NCBI GenBank assembly: GCA_051960855.1 | Contig: JBQCDV010000084.1 | Location: 1 to 59,211 of the forward strand | Direction: 5' to 3' | Origin: Actinomycetales bacterium | Lineage (GTDB): Bacteria; Actinomycetota; Actinomycetes; JAJZTN01 | DNA length: 59,211 bases | In this document: one piece after another, positions 42,139-51,905 of the stretch | How the letters are laid out: each line of letters begins with the position of its first letter | Numbering within the stretch: position 1 is the stretch's first letter | Notes under the pieces: model-generated | Database searches by the model: none | What the model was told of the DNA's origin: nothing | What the model saw: only the letters and a program-made list of their open reading frames with translations | Position numbers and translations under genes: made by a program

Positions 42139-44868
42139 GTGGCGACGAAGGTGATCGGGGGCGGATCGAGCGCCGTCGCCGCGTCGTCACACGCGGCGTG
42201 CGCCCGGTTCCGGGGGACTGATCCGCTTATCACCGGGGTCACGCGACGCGGCCTGGCCAAGGCGGTCGGCTTTCAAGACGATTTCGGTGGCATCCCAGAG
42301 GCCCGCTGGATGCGTGCGATGACCTTCGAGCGGCTGGTTCGCGACGAGAAGTTCGCGAGCGAGGTTGCCACCACCGCCGTCGGCCGGCTAAATCTCGCGC
42401 GTCCGACCAAGGTCGTCACCGTAAACGCAAGGATCAACGTCGACCGCACCGCCAAGCTCCTGGCAGACGCTCACGACCGCGCCGTCGCCGAGGGCGCCGC
42501 CACGATGATCCACGGACTCGCGGTCCCCTTCGTCGGGTTCGAGGACGAGCGGGCGACCGACGTCAAGCCTGACTTCGCCGTGGTTGCGCCACAGGTTCCC
42601 CATGGCGACGACACTGTCAGCAAGAGTTGGCTGATATTGGGCGACGCCAAGGACTACGAGCGCGTCCGCTCCCGAATCGACGACGCCCGACTGCTGAAGG
42701 GCTTCCTCCAGGTCGCGCTCGGAGCCGAGTCGGCCGCGAACTGGTCGCAGCTCCCAGCCGACATGGCCGTCCATTCCCACGGCGTCCTCGCCGTGCCGCG
42801 CAACGCGTTCCTCCAGCCGGAGGCGTTGGTCGAGAATCTCGGCGACCACCGCGAGGAGGTCCGAACGCGGGTCGGCGAGCGTCGCCGGGAGGCCACCTCG
42901 GTCCAGTACGACGCAAAGACGCTGATCACGGACCACGTCCGGCATCTGGAGGCCACGTTCAACCCGGCCACCTGCTCGTCGTGCACGCTGTTCTCGTTCT
43001 GCCGCCACGAGCTACGCAGCTCTGAGGACCCGACGGACCTGCTGGTCGAGATCGGCATCTCCCGTACCGAACGCCCGCTCCTCGTGGGCATGGTCGACGG
43101 CAGCGGTCTGGTCGGGGACGCTGCGGCGTCGACCCGCGCGCTGGTCGCGGCGACGTTGGACGGCGTCGCCCGGCCGACCGGTCAGGCTCGGATCGACCAA
43201 GCCGGCCTGCCGGGCACCGTGAACGTCGTCATCGCGAAGTCCGACAGCGCAGCGCTGGGCGTGTATGGCATCGCCGTGCAGCGGGTCAGCCGCGACGGTC
43301 CGGGCAAATGGCAGACGACCGTTTTCGATGACCCGCAGAGCGCGGACACCCGACGCGCCATCATGAAGGTGCTGGGCAAGGAGCTCACCGCGGCGATGAA
43401 GGATCGCCGCCAGGTCGATCCGGAGGCACCCGACCCGGTGCATGTCGTAGTTCCGGACAAGCCGACCGCGGACGTGCTCGTGTCTATCGCCGACAACCTC
43501 GCGGGCATCGAGCTAAGCCGCCTCCGGTGGGTGCGGGACAAGCAGATGGGCCGTAGGCCGCTGACGTTCAACGGCGAGGACGCAGAGATCCCCGCAGCGC
43601 TTCGGGAGACGGAACGAACCGCCGTCTCGTTCCTGCTCGAGGAGGACCGGGCCCGCGCGCTCGCCCTGCGATCGCCGATCGTCGACGCCCGCGCAGCCCT
43701 CGCCCGGCACATCGTCGCTGGCGGTCCAGCCGTCAACGCCCTCCGCCTGGACTACCTCGTGCCCTGGGCCGAAGCCACCGCCGCCGAGCCGCTGGACCAC
43801 CGCGCACTGGCCGACCTTATCGAAGCAGAAGAGCACACACCCGGCGCCCGGTTGACCAACCGGCGCTCCAACGCCATCCACCAAGCCTTCACCGGCAGGG
43901 GCAAAGGCGACCCGCGTCCGGCCGACATCGCGAAGTACCACGCCTTGATCCGAGATGAGCTTGCCTACAAGTCGGGGTTCATGGACCGCGCAGTGGCTGC
44001 CCTGGCGTGCATCGTCGACTCGCGTCTTCGAGAGGTCTACCGCTCGATCGAGGGGGACGCTCAGGCAATCTGGCGACGCCGCCTGAGCCTGCACGCGTCG
44101 GACCTGGTCCGGTTCGGCCGCACCTACCGCCACTGGCGCAACTCGCTGGTGCCCGCCATCGAAGCCGACGACAGGTGCGCCAAGCAGTTGCTCGCGCTCA
44201 CCAACCCCCAGGCGGCGCTGGACGCCGCCCGCAACGCCGGCACCCGAGAAATCGCCACGGCCCGAGTCGTTACGACCGCGCCGCTCACCATCGAGATCGA
44301 CTCACGACGGATCGGGGCCGAGCGACGTGTGGTCCTGCTGCACGTCAACGAGCAGGCCTGCGTGGAGTCCGACGGCGTAGTCGTCGCGTTCCTGAAGGGC
44401 AGCTTCAAAATCACGGGTCTGGGGATCGGCCCCCTTGCCGTCGTCGACGCGGCACGCCGTCACTTCGAGTGGTCCCCGGCCATCGACCTCGGGCTGACTG
44501 TGGGCGACGAGCTGATCGTGGCGAACTTCGAGTGGTTTTCGTCCCTGAAGGGCAACCAACAGCTCAACGTTGCGCGGCCGACACCGGACACCATCTCGGC
44601 GCCAGCCCCTGACTGCACCGAGGACACATACGCCGACGACCCGACCGGACACCGGTACTGCTGCCGGCCCCACGAAATCGCTGAAGCGGAGTGGTCCGAC
44701 AGCATCGCTGAGCGCCGCGCCCGCGGCGAACTGAACCCGCAGGCGTGGCCCCCGCTGGTGGACGGCGACGCCTTTGAGGTGTCGCCGACCGACGCCCGCT
44801 TGGGCGACCCAACCGCTCAGCCGGCCACTCCGGTTCCCGACGACGTCACCGTGGACGACCTGGAGTAG
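42139..44868 (+). CDS. Large Cas4/AddB/Dna2-like Fe-S PD-(D/E)xK nuclease
   Basis: N-terminal Cys (HAAC), KPDF...GDAK...LQ nuclease motif, CSSCTLFSFC (CxxCx5C); beta-rich C-terminus. Confidence 0.7.
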   Translation: MATKVIGGGSSAVAASSHAACARFRGTDPLITGVTRRGLAKAVGFQDDFGGIPEARWMRAMTFERLVRDEKFASEVATTAVGRLNLARPTKVVTVNARINVDRTAKLLADAHDRAVAEGAATMIHGLAVPFVGFEDERATDVKPDFAVVAPQVPHGDDTVSKSWLILGDAKDYERVRSRIDDARLLKGFLQVALGAESAANWSQLPADMAVHSHGVLAVPRNAFLQPEALVENLGDHREEVRTRVGERRREATSVQYDAKTLITDHVRHLEATFNPATCSSCTLFSFCRHELRSSEDPTDLLVEIGISRTERPLLVGMVDGSGLVGDAAASTRALVAATLDGVARPTGQARIDQAGLPGTVNVVIAKSDSAALGVYGIAVQRVSRDGPGKWQTTVFDDPQSADTRRAIMKVLGKELTAAMKDRRQVDPEAPDPVHVVVPDKPTADVLVSIADNLAGIELSRLRWVRDKQMGRRPLTFNGEDAEIPAALRETERTAVSFLLEEDRARALALRSPIVDARAALARHIVAGGPAVNALRLDYLVPWAEATAAEPLDHRALADLIEAEEHTPGARLTNRRSNAIHQAFTGRGKGDPRPADIAKYHALIRDELAYKSGFMDRAVAALACIVDSRLREVYRSIEGDAQAIWRRRLSLHASDLVRFGRTYRHWRNSLVPAIEADDRCAKQLLALTNPQAALDAARNAGTREIATARVVTTAPLTIEIDSRRIGAERRVVLLHVNEQACVESDGVVVAFLKGSFKITGLGIGPLAVVDAARRHFEWSPAIDLGLTVGDELIVANFEWFSSLKGNQQLNVARPTPDTISAPAPDCTEDTYADDPTGHRYCCRPHEIAEAEWSDSIAERRARGELNPQAWPPLVDGDAFEVSPTDARLGDPTAQPATPVPDDVTVDDLE

Positions 44869-44870
44869 GC

Positions 44871-46376
44871 ATGGACGTCACCTTCACTCCGCCACGCGAG
44901 CCGGCGGAGCCTTCAATTCACCATGCCCGGGCCGCAGCCGGCAACGCCGCGGTCGCAGAGAAAGCGATCGGGCACCTCCGTGACGCGCTTTCCGGCCCGG
45001 CCGAGATCGACCGGATCCTGATGAAGGCGGCAGCCGGCGCCGGAAAGTCCTACGTGCTCAAGAAGCTCGTCGCTGACTCCCTGGAACATCCGCGCTGCCT
45101 CCGCGTCGGCGTCATCGCGTTCCAGAATCGCCAGCTTTGGCCGATCGCCGCTTCCCTCGGGCAGGCCTTGGGCATGGGCCGCGTCTGCCTGTTCTCCAGC
45201 AAAGACGCCTACGACAAGGTGCCCGACGACGTGCTCCACCACGCCGAGGTCACCACCTCCACCTCGCACATCCCCGACGATTGCGTCGTCATTGTCGCCA
45301 CCGCCCACCGGCTGGGAGCCATCGGCGAGCGGAAGCGCCTCCTTGACCACCTCGGGGCCGGGGCCAACGGTGTCGTACCTTTCGACGTTCTCTTCGTCGA
45401 CGAGGCCTGGCAGCTTCCTCACTACCTGTTCGACAAGGTCGCCAACCTCGCACCGATCACGGTCGGTGTCGGTGACGTCGGCCAACTTCCGCCGCTCGAA
45501 TTGGGCGCCAACCCTTGGCGCGGCGACCCCGGCTACAACCCGTACCGCGCCTGGCCGACCAACTACGACCACGACGATCGGACCTGGTCGACCGAGCTCC
45601 CCTCCGTCTGGCGCCCTGCCGCCGGGCAGCTTCCGCTGTGGCGGGCGTTCTACCCGGAGTGGGCACAGCTCAACTGTGTCGCCGCGCCCGGCGACCGGTT
45701 GCTGCACGTGTCCGGGCTGAACGGCGCCGCTGCCGAGGTGTGGGCGGAGGTCGCCAAGGGTGTCCCTGTGATGCTCGAGGTCGACGGGCTGGCTGACCCC
45801 GAGGCGCCCGATGTGGACCTGCCGCTGATGGAATTCGTCGAGGACCTGCTCGACCAATTGTTCACCGCCGGACTCAAGCTCGAGCAGGCAGTGTACGACG
45901 AGGCCGGGTCACCCACCGGTGACGTGGCCTCCGCAGAACCCGGAGATGCGGCAGGTGACCCCCTCGTCGCCGTCTTGGCTACCCGCAACCAGGCGGTCGA
46001 CGACGCAACAGACGCCGTGGAACGGCTACAGAAGAAGCACGGTCTGACCGACAAGGATCTCCTCGCGTCGACCGTCGACTCCTGGCAAGGCCAGACGAAC
46101 GGGATCACCGTCGCGCTGCACCCGCTCAGCGGTGCGTCTCAACTCGACGAGTTCAACTCGGCGTTCGGCCGCCTCGCCGTCACCTGCACCCGTGCCACCC
46201 ACGGACTGCTGGTGGTATCCCGCCCCGGCCTGGATCGGCTCCTGGCCGAAGCCCCGGTCGCGCCCGGCACCCCCATCGGGGAGCCGGGCACCCGGCAACT
46301 GCCGCGGCAGACACACCAGCGCATCCTCGCGACGTTCACGCGCGGGACCGTTACCGTCACCGCGAACGCAAAGTGA
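44871..46376 (+). CDS. SF1 (UPF1/Dna2-like) helicase
   Basis: AAAGAGKS, VDEAWQ, VGDVGQL, TVDSWQGQT, RLAVTCTRA; 2 bp after the nuclease stop. Confidence 0.85.
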   Translation: MDVTFTPPREPAEPSIHHARAAAGNAAVAEKAIGHLRDALSGPAEIDRILMKAAAGAGKSYVLKKLVADSLEHPRCLRVGVIAFQNRQLWPIAASLGQALGMGRVCLFSSKDAYDKVPDDVLHHAEVTTSTSHIPDDCVVIVATAHRLGAIGERKRLLDHLGAGANGVVPFDVLFVDEAWQLPHYLFDKVANLAPITVGVGDVGQLPPLELGANPWRGDPGYNPYRAWPTNYDHDDRTWSTELPSVWRPAAGQLPLWRAFYPEWAQLNCVAAPGDRLLHVSGLNGAAAEVWAEVAKGVPVMLEVDGLADPEAPDVDLPLMEFVEDLLDQLFTAGLKLEQAVYDEAGSPTGDVASAEPGDAAGDPLVAVLATRNQAVDDATDAVERLQKKHGLTDKDLLASTVDSWQGQTNGITVALHPLSGASQLDEFNSAFGRLAVTCTRATHGLLVVSRPGLDRLLAEAPVAPGTPIGEPGTRQLPRQTHQRILATFTRGTVTVTANAK

Positions 46377-46386
46377 AGGAGGGCCC

Positions 46387-48513
46387 TTGTCTCGGCTCAA
46401 TGATCTGATCTGCCAGGTTGGCCTCACCAACGAGGCCCTGGCCGCAGATCTGCAGCGTGAGGTCGCCGCCCTGGCCGACCGCCGCTCGTTCGGGCTCAAC
46501 TTCGAGCGGCACGTCCCCGAGGCCGTCGAGCTCCCCGGCCGCCCAGTCCGCCGCGGAGACAAGGTCCGGATTCTCCCGCCCCGAGGCCAGACTGCGAGGC
46601 AGGCCGACCAGGCGCTCTGGCAGGTCACCAGGATTGATCGAAGCCGCAACGCACCCCTTGCCGAGTTGGTTGCCCTCGGCGACGAGACCGAGGCCACGAC
46701 TGCGTCCGTTGAGGACCTCGTCGTCGTCGCGGAGTTCCGCGACCCCATCTATCCCGGGTTGGTGTCCACGGGCAAGGTCGAACGCGGAGGCGACAAGCCT
46801 TTCCACACGGTCATCAACGCCGAGAATTATCACGCACTGCAGACGCTCCTCTTCACGCACCGCGGCAGGGTTGATGCCATATATATCGACCCGCCCTACA
46901 ACAGCGGATCCACGGACTGGAAATACAACAACCACTACGTGGCTAGCGACGACCACTATCTCCACTCGAAGTGGCTCGCATTCATGGAGCGTCGTCTGCT
47001 GTTGGCGAAGGAATTGCTCAATCCCAGCGACTCTGTCCTGATCGTGACGATCGACCACAACGAGGTCAACCGACTGAGTCTGCTCTTGGAACAGACTTTT
47101 CCGGGTGCTCGAATGCAGATGGTGACGTCAGTGATCAATCCGCGCGGCAAATACAGAGCCAATGATTTCGCACGGTGTGAAGAGTACGTATTCTTCCTTG
47201 CTTTCGGAGACGCAATAGTCCAGGGCGAGCCTGACGACGATTTTGGCACCGATGCGCCGATTGCTTGGCGAACTTTTCGCAGAAGCGACATCTCCTCGAA
47301 ACGGGGCACTGCCAAGGGCGGCACCGGCCAATTCTTTCCCGTTTACGTCACCGACGAGGGAAAGATCGCTCAGATTGGCTCGCCATTGCCCCATGGCGTG
47401 CCGAGGACCGAGGCGCCAATCCTCAGCGGCTGTACTGCAGTGTTTCCGATGCGAGACGATGGCACGGAGATGAACTGGGGCCTGACCGTTCCGGCGGCGA
47501 AGCGGCTGCTGGCTAAGGGCTACTTACGGGTCGGGCGGCATACGCCAGACAAGCCTCAGCCGTGGGAACTCTCCTATCTGACGTCGGGTCGCATCGCTGA
47601 CATCGAGGAGGGCCGTGCATTAGTCACTGGCCACAACGCCGATGGCAGCGTTGTGGCCTCCTATGTCACGCACAAAGTCAAGATGCCAGTCACGACATGG
47701 AATCGATCGAGCCACAACGCCGAGACGCAGGGCACGGAGTTACTCAAGGCTCTCCTCGGCGAGAAGTTGTTCGACTTCCCGAAATCCCTCTACGCAGTTG
47801 AGGACGCACTTCGACTGTTCGTCGCAGATAAACCCCAAGCTCTGGTTGTCGACTTCTTTTGCGGTTCGGGAACCACGGGACATGCCGTGATGAGGCTCAA
47901 CAAGCAGGACGGGGGGCGGCGGCGATCAATTTGCATCACGAACAATGAACTGTCTGCGACGGAGGAGGACGCGCTGAGGGGCAGGGGCCTTCGGCCGGGC
48001 GACCCAGACTGGGAGCGATGGGGTATCTGCGAGTACATCACCAAGCCGCGAATCTCATCCGCAGTCACCGGTAGAACTCCGTCTGGTGACGCGATCAAGG
48101 GTGACTACAAGTTTGGCGACGAGTTCCCGATGGCCGACGGGTTCGAGGAGAACGTAGAGTTCTTCACTTTGACGTACGAAGCACCCCTCCGCGTTGCCAG
48201 CCATCGCGACTTCGAGCGGATCGCGCCGCTTCTGTGGCTTCGGGCCGGCTCCCGCGGGCGCCGGATCCAGGACGTGACGCAGGGCTGGGACGTTGCCGAA
48301 GCCTACGGCGTTCTTGCTGACCTCGACCAGGTCGAGCCATTCCTCAAGGCTGTAACTGAACAGGAAGAACTCGGCATCGCCTTCATCGTGACGGACGAGG
48401 ATCGGTTGTTCGAGTCGGTGGTCCGTGAACTTCCCGATCATGTGGAGCCGGTTCGGCTCTACGAGGCGTACCTGCGCAACTTCGAGATCGAGTCCGGGAG
48501 GGGCGCCCGGTGA
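46387..48513 (+). CDS. mod: Type III R-M methyltransferase subunit (Mod)
   Basis: IYIDPPYN, HSKWLAFMERRL, FDFPKS, DFFCGSGTTGHAV; AAGGAGG RBS with TTG start. Confidence 0.92.
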   Translation: MSRLNDLICQVGLTNEALAADLQREVAALADRRSFGLNFERHVPEAVELPGRPVRRGDKVRILPPRGQTARQADQALWQVTRIDRSRNAPLAELVALGDETEATTASVEDLVVVAEFRDPIYPGLVSTGKVERGGDKPFHTVINAENYHALQTLLFTHRGRVDAIYIDPPYNSGSTDWKYNNHYVASDDHYLHSKWLAFMERRLLLAKELLNPSDSVLIVTIDHNEVNRLSLLLEQTFPGARMQMVTSVINPRGKYRANDFARCEEYVFFLAFGDAIVQGEPDDDFGTDAPIAWRTFRRSDISSKRGTAKGGTGQFFPVYVTDEGKIAQIGSPLPHGVPRTEAPILSGCTAVFPMRDDGTEMNWGLTVPAAKRLLAKGYLRVGRHTPDKPQPWELSYLTSGRIADIEEGRALVTGHNADGSVVASYVTHKVKMPVTTWNRSSHNAETQGTELLKALLGEKLFDFPKSLYAVEDALRLFVADKPQALVVDFFCGSGTTGHAVMRLNKQDGGRRRSICITNNELSATEEDALRGRGLRPGDPDWERWGICEYITKPRISSAVTGRTPSGDAIKGDYKFGDEFPMADGFEENVEFFTLTYEAPLRVASHRDFERIAPLLWLRAGSRGRRIQDVTQGWDVAEAYGVLADLDQVEPFLKAVTEQEELGIAFIVTDEDRLFESVVRELPDHVEPVRLYEAYLRNFEIESGRGAR

Positions 48514-51095
48514 AGTTCACTCTCAAGGACTACCAGGCCGATGCCGTTGACGACATCCTCAAGAGCCTTGGTCGTGCGAAGCACATCTACGAGATTGAGG
48601 GCAAGGAGGTCTCCGTCTCGCTGAGCGCCACGACGGGAGCCGGAAAGACGGTCATGGCCGCCGCGGTGATCGAGGCGCTGTTCTACGGCAACGAGACGTT
48701 CGACTTCGACGCAGATCCTGGCGCCGTCGTGATCTGGTTCTCTGACGACCCGAATCTCAACGACCAGACGCGCTTCCGGTTGATGGAGGCGTCCGACAAG
48801 CTGACGGCGACGGATCTGGTGACGATCCAGCCGCCGTTTGCCAAGCCGCGGCTCGATCCGGGCAAGGTCTACTTCCTCAACACCGGCAAGCTCACCAAGA
48901 GCTCCCTGCTCACCCGCGGACACGTCGAGGTGGACGACGAGGATGTGCTGGCCACCATGACGGCAGCCGCGCAGCCGGACCTGCAGGGCTGGACGATTTG
49001 GGAGACGATCGCCAACACCATCGAGGACGACGACCTCACCCTCTACCTGATCCTGGACGAGGCGCATCGCGGCTTCAACACCAAGACAAGCGGTGAAAAG
49101 CCAACCATCGTGCGCAAGCTGGTCAACGGTCACGCCGGCTACCCGCCCGTCCCGATCGTGTGGGGCATCTCCGCGACCATCGAACGGTTCAAGGAGGCGA
49201 TGCAGGCCGCGGACGCCAGCAAGTCCCGCCGCGCGCTGCCGCCGGTCACCGTCGACGGGTTCCGGGTACAGGAGTCCGGCCTCGTCAAGGACACCGTCGT
49301 GCTCGAGATCCCGGCTGAGGCGGGGAACTTCGACACCGTGCTCGTACGTCGAGCCGCCAAGAAACTTCGGGACTCCGCCGAGCGCTGGGAGCGGTACGCG
49401 GCGGCGCAGGGATCCGGCGACGTCGTACGACCGCTTCTGGTGCTGCAGGCGCCGAACACCCCCGACCACGATCAGCTCGGCCGTGCACTCGACGAGGTCT
49501 TCCAGGAGTTCCCGGAATTCCGGCAGAACTCGGTGCGCCACGTGTTCGGCGAGCACATCACCCAGAAGTTTGGCACCTGGGAGGTGGACTGGATCGAGCC
49601 GCAGCGCGTGCAGGAGCGATCCGAGGTCCGCGTGCTGGTGGCCAAGGACGCGATCTCCACAGGCTGGGACTGCCCTCGCGCCGAGGTGATGGTGTCCTTC
49701 CGGCCGGCGAAGGACCACACGCACATCACTCAACTGCTCGGCCGGATGGTCCGCAGCCCCCTGGCGCGTCGCGTGCCCGGGGACGAGAAGCTCAACTCGG
49801 TGGAGTGCATCCTCCCGTTCTTCGACAGGACGACTGCGGGCAACGTGGTGAAGTTTCTGACCGGGCAGATCGGCGAGGTCGCGCCACCCACGCAGAAGGC
49901 CGTCATCGAGGAGTGTCTCCTCGGCCCCAACCCACAGTTGTCAGAGTCGGTGTGGAGGTGCTGGGACGCGTTGCCGACCTTGACGATCCCGCAACGCGGT
50001 GCCGCACCGGTCAAGCGCCTCGTCTCGCTCGCGCTGGCACTGTCGGCGGACGGGCTGCGACCCGGGGCGTTGGCCGACGCCGAGCGCGAGATGCACCGCG
50101 TCCTCGACGCCGCGCGCGTGCGACACCCGGACCTGTTGAAGAGGGCCGTCTCGGAGATCTGGGCGGTGCGCGGCCAGGCCATCGCCGGCCGCGTCGGCAA
50201 GAACCAGCTCACATACCAGGATTTCGTCGAGCGCGCTGACGACCGGGCCATCCAAGTCGGTTTCGCCGACGCGAAGAAGGCGTTCGGCGCCGACGTCGCC
50301 CAGTCCTACGTCAACCATCTGACGGCTGATGACGACGACGACAGTCTCCGAGACGCCTACGTCACCACGTCAGCGCTAGCCATCGTGCCCGAGGTCCGCT
50401 CCCAGATCGACCGGGAGGCCGACGAACTCGCCAGGAGATGGTTTGCCGACTACCGGGTGGCGATCAAGGGCCTCCCGGACGAACGGCAGCAGGACTACGA
50501 GGACATCCGGGCACTCGCGACGGAGCCTCAGCAGGGGGAACTGAAGCGGCCGCGATCCCGCATCGAAGACTACGTCGAGGTTCTGCCCGGCGGACAGCAA
50601 GCGCGGGCGCCAATGGTTGCCGGTCACTTGATGTCGGACGATGACGGGATGTTCCCGATCGGGTCGCTCAACGCCTGGGAGCGTGACGTCGTCATCAAGG
50701 AGCTCTCACGCCCGGACTTGGTGGGGTGGTATCGCAACCCGCCCCGGCAGGCAGTCGACTCGCTCGGGGTCGCCTACCGCGACGAGGTCGGCAACTGGCG
50801 CTCGATGCACCCGGACTTCATCTTCTTCCACGAGATCGACCGTGTCGTGCGCCCATCGATCGTCGATCCACACGGTCACCACCTAGAAGACTCGCTGGTG
50901 AAGCTTCAGGGCCTGGCCAGGTTCGCCGAGCAGTTCGGGTCTGACTTCCACCGGATCGAGGCTGTAAGCAAGCTCGGCGCCTCTATGAAGATCCTCGACC
51001 TCAAGGTCCGGGCAGTTCGCGACGCGATCCTCGCCAGCAAGAGGCCGCCGCTAGAACTCTACGAGTCCGACTTCGCCACCGATTACGACGACTAA
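48510..51095 (+). CDS. res: Type III R-M restriction subunit (Res)
   Basis: LKDYQ, ATTGAGKT, LDEAH, SAT, GWDCP, QLLGRMVR, C-terminal HPDFIFF...IVDPHG; GTGA overlap with mod. Confidence 0.9.
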   Translation: MKFTLKDYQADAVDDILKSLGRAKHIYEIEGKEVSVSLSATTGAGKTVMAAAVIEALFYGNETFDFDADPGAVVIWFSDDPNLNDQTRFRLMEASDKLTATDLVTIQPPFAKPRLDPGKVYFLNTGKLTKSSLLTRGHVEVDDEDVLATMTAAAQPDLQGWTIWETIANTIEDDDLTLYLILDEAHRGFNTKTSGEKPTIVRKLVNGHAGYPPVPIVWGISATIERFKEAMQAADASKSRRALPPVTVDGFRVQESGLVKDTVVLEIPAEAGNFDTVLVRRAAKKLRDSAERWERYAAAQGSGDVVRPLLVLQAPNTPDHDQLGRALDEVFQEFPEFRQNSVRHVFGEHITQKFGTWEVDWIEPQRVQERSEVRVLVAKDAISTGWDCPRAEVMVSFRPAKDHTHITQLLGRMVRSPLARRVPGDEKLNSVECILPFFDRTTAGNVVKFLTGQIGEVAPPTQKAVIEECLLGPNPQLSESVWRCWDALPTLTIPQRGAAPVKRLVSLALALSADGLRPGALADAEREMHRVLDAARVRHPDLLKRAVSEIWAVRGQAIAGRVGKNQLTYQDFVERADDRAIQVGFADAKKAFGADVAQSYVNHLTADDDDDSLRDAYVTTSALAIVPEVRSQIDREADELARRWFADYRVAIKGLPDERQQDYEDIRALATEPQQGELKRPRSRIEDYVEVLPGGQQARAPMVAGHLMSDDDGMFPIGSLNAWERDVVIKELSRPDLVGWYRNPPRQAVDSLGVAYRDEVGNWRSMHPDFIFFHEIDRVVRPSIVDPHGHHLEDSLVKLQGLARFAEQFGSDFHRIEAVSKLGASMKILDLKVRAVRDAILASKRPPLELYESDFATDYDD

Positions 51096-51299
51096 CGACG
51101 CGCGGGGCGGCGACTGCTCGCGGCAGCGGTAAGCCGTGGCCAGGTCTGTCCCGACGACGGGGACGAGTGAAGCGCCGGGCGGTGCGACGAGCGGGCGCGG
51201 TAGCCGCTCTGGCTGTCGCCGACGCGGGGGCTACGGTAGACGTCGCGGCCCTTATGACCACCGTCGTCGAGCGCCTACGTCGGCGGGGACGCGGACGCT

Positions 51300-51504
51300 G
51301 AGCAGCTGCGGCGATCAGATCTTCGGCGCTGATGACGTTCTCAGTCCGCGGGTGGTCTCCGCCGCCCCCGACTGCCTCGAACCGCCCTCCGGTGAACAGC
51401 GGTACCTCGCCGGCCGGCAGCCCGGGCCCGAAATACGCCTGCAAGTCGCGCAGCGCGTGCGCGTCGTCGACGAGCTCGAGCAGCTGCTGTGTGGTGACCG
51501 GCAT
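51300..51504 (-). pseudogene. DUF6308-like N-terminal remnant
   Basis: ALRDLQAYF...FTGGRFEAVGGGGD...ISAEDLIA, after which similarity is lost. Confidence 0.6.
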
Positions 51505-51905
51505 GCGCACAGCATGGCTGATGGCAACCACGCGCTGGGCGGTACGGGCGTCGCTGTCGCAGGTGGAGCTACCAGCCCCACTCGTCCCCGGCGGGCGGCC
51601 CGGTCAAGTCGGGCGCCCAGTTCGGGTCGCCGGTCGTGACTGGGCTGCACGGCGTCGTGGCGGCCAAGAGCTGAATTCTCGACGACGCCAGCCGGCAGTC
51701 GCGCGACGCCGTCAGTGTGGGACCGAGATCCGCACCGGCTCCCCTGTCCGGGGCCGCAGCCGGGTAGTGGCGGAAGGGGCGAGGAGCGCTCGCGCACGTG
51801 AGCATCCGGAGGGCGCCTTCTCGCCGACCGCGAAGGTGATTGCGTAGCGATAGCAGGCGCGCACGGTGCCTGAGCGTCAACATCCCGACGTTCAGGAGTT
51901 CACCA

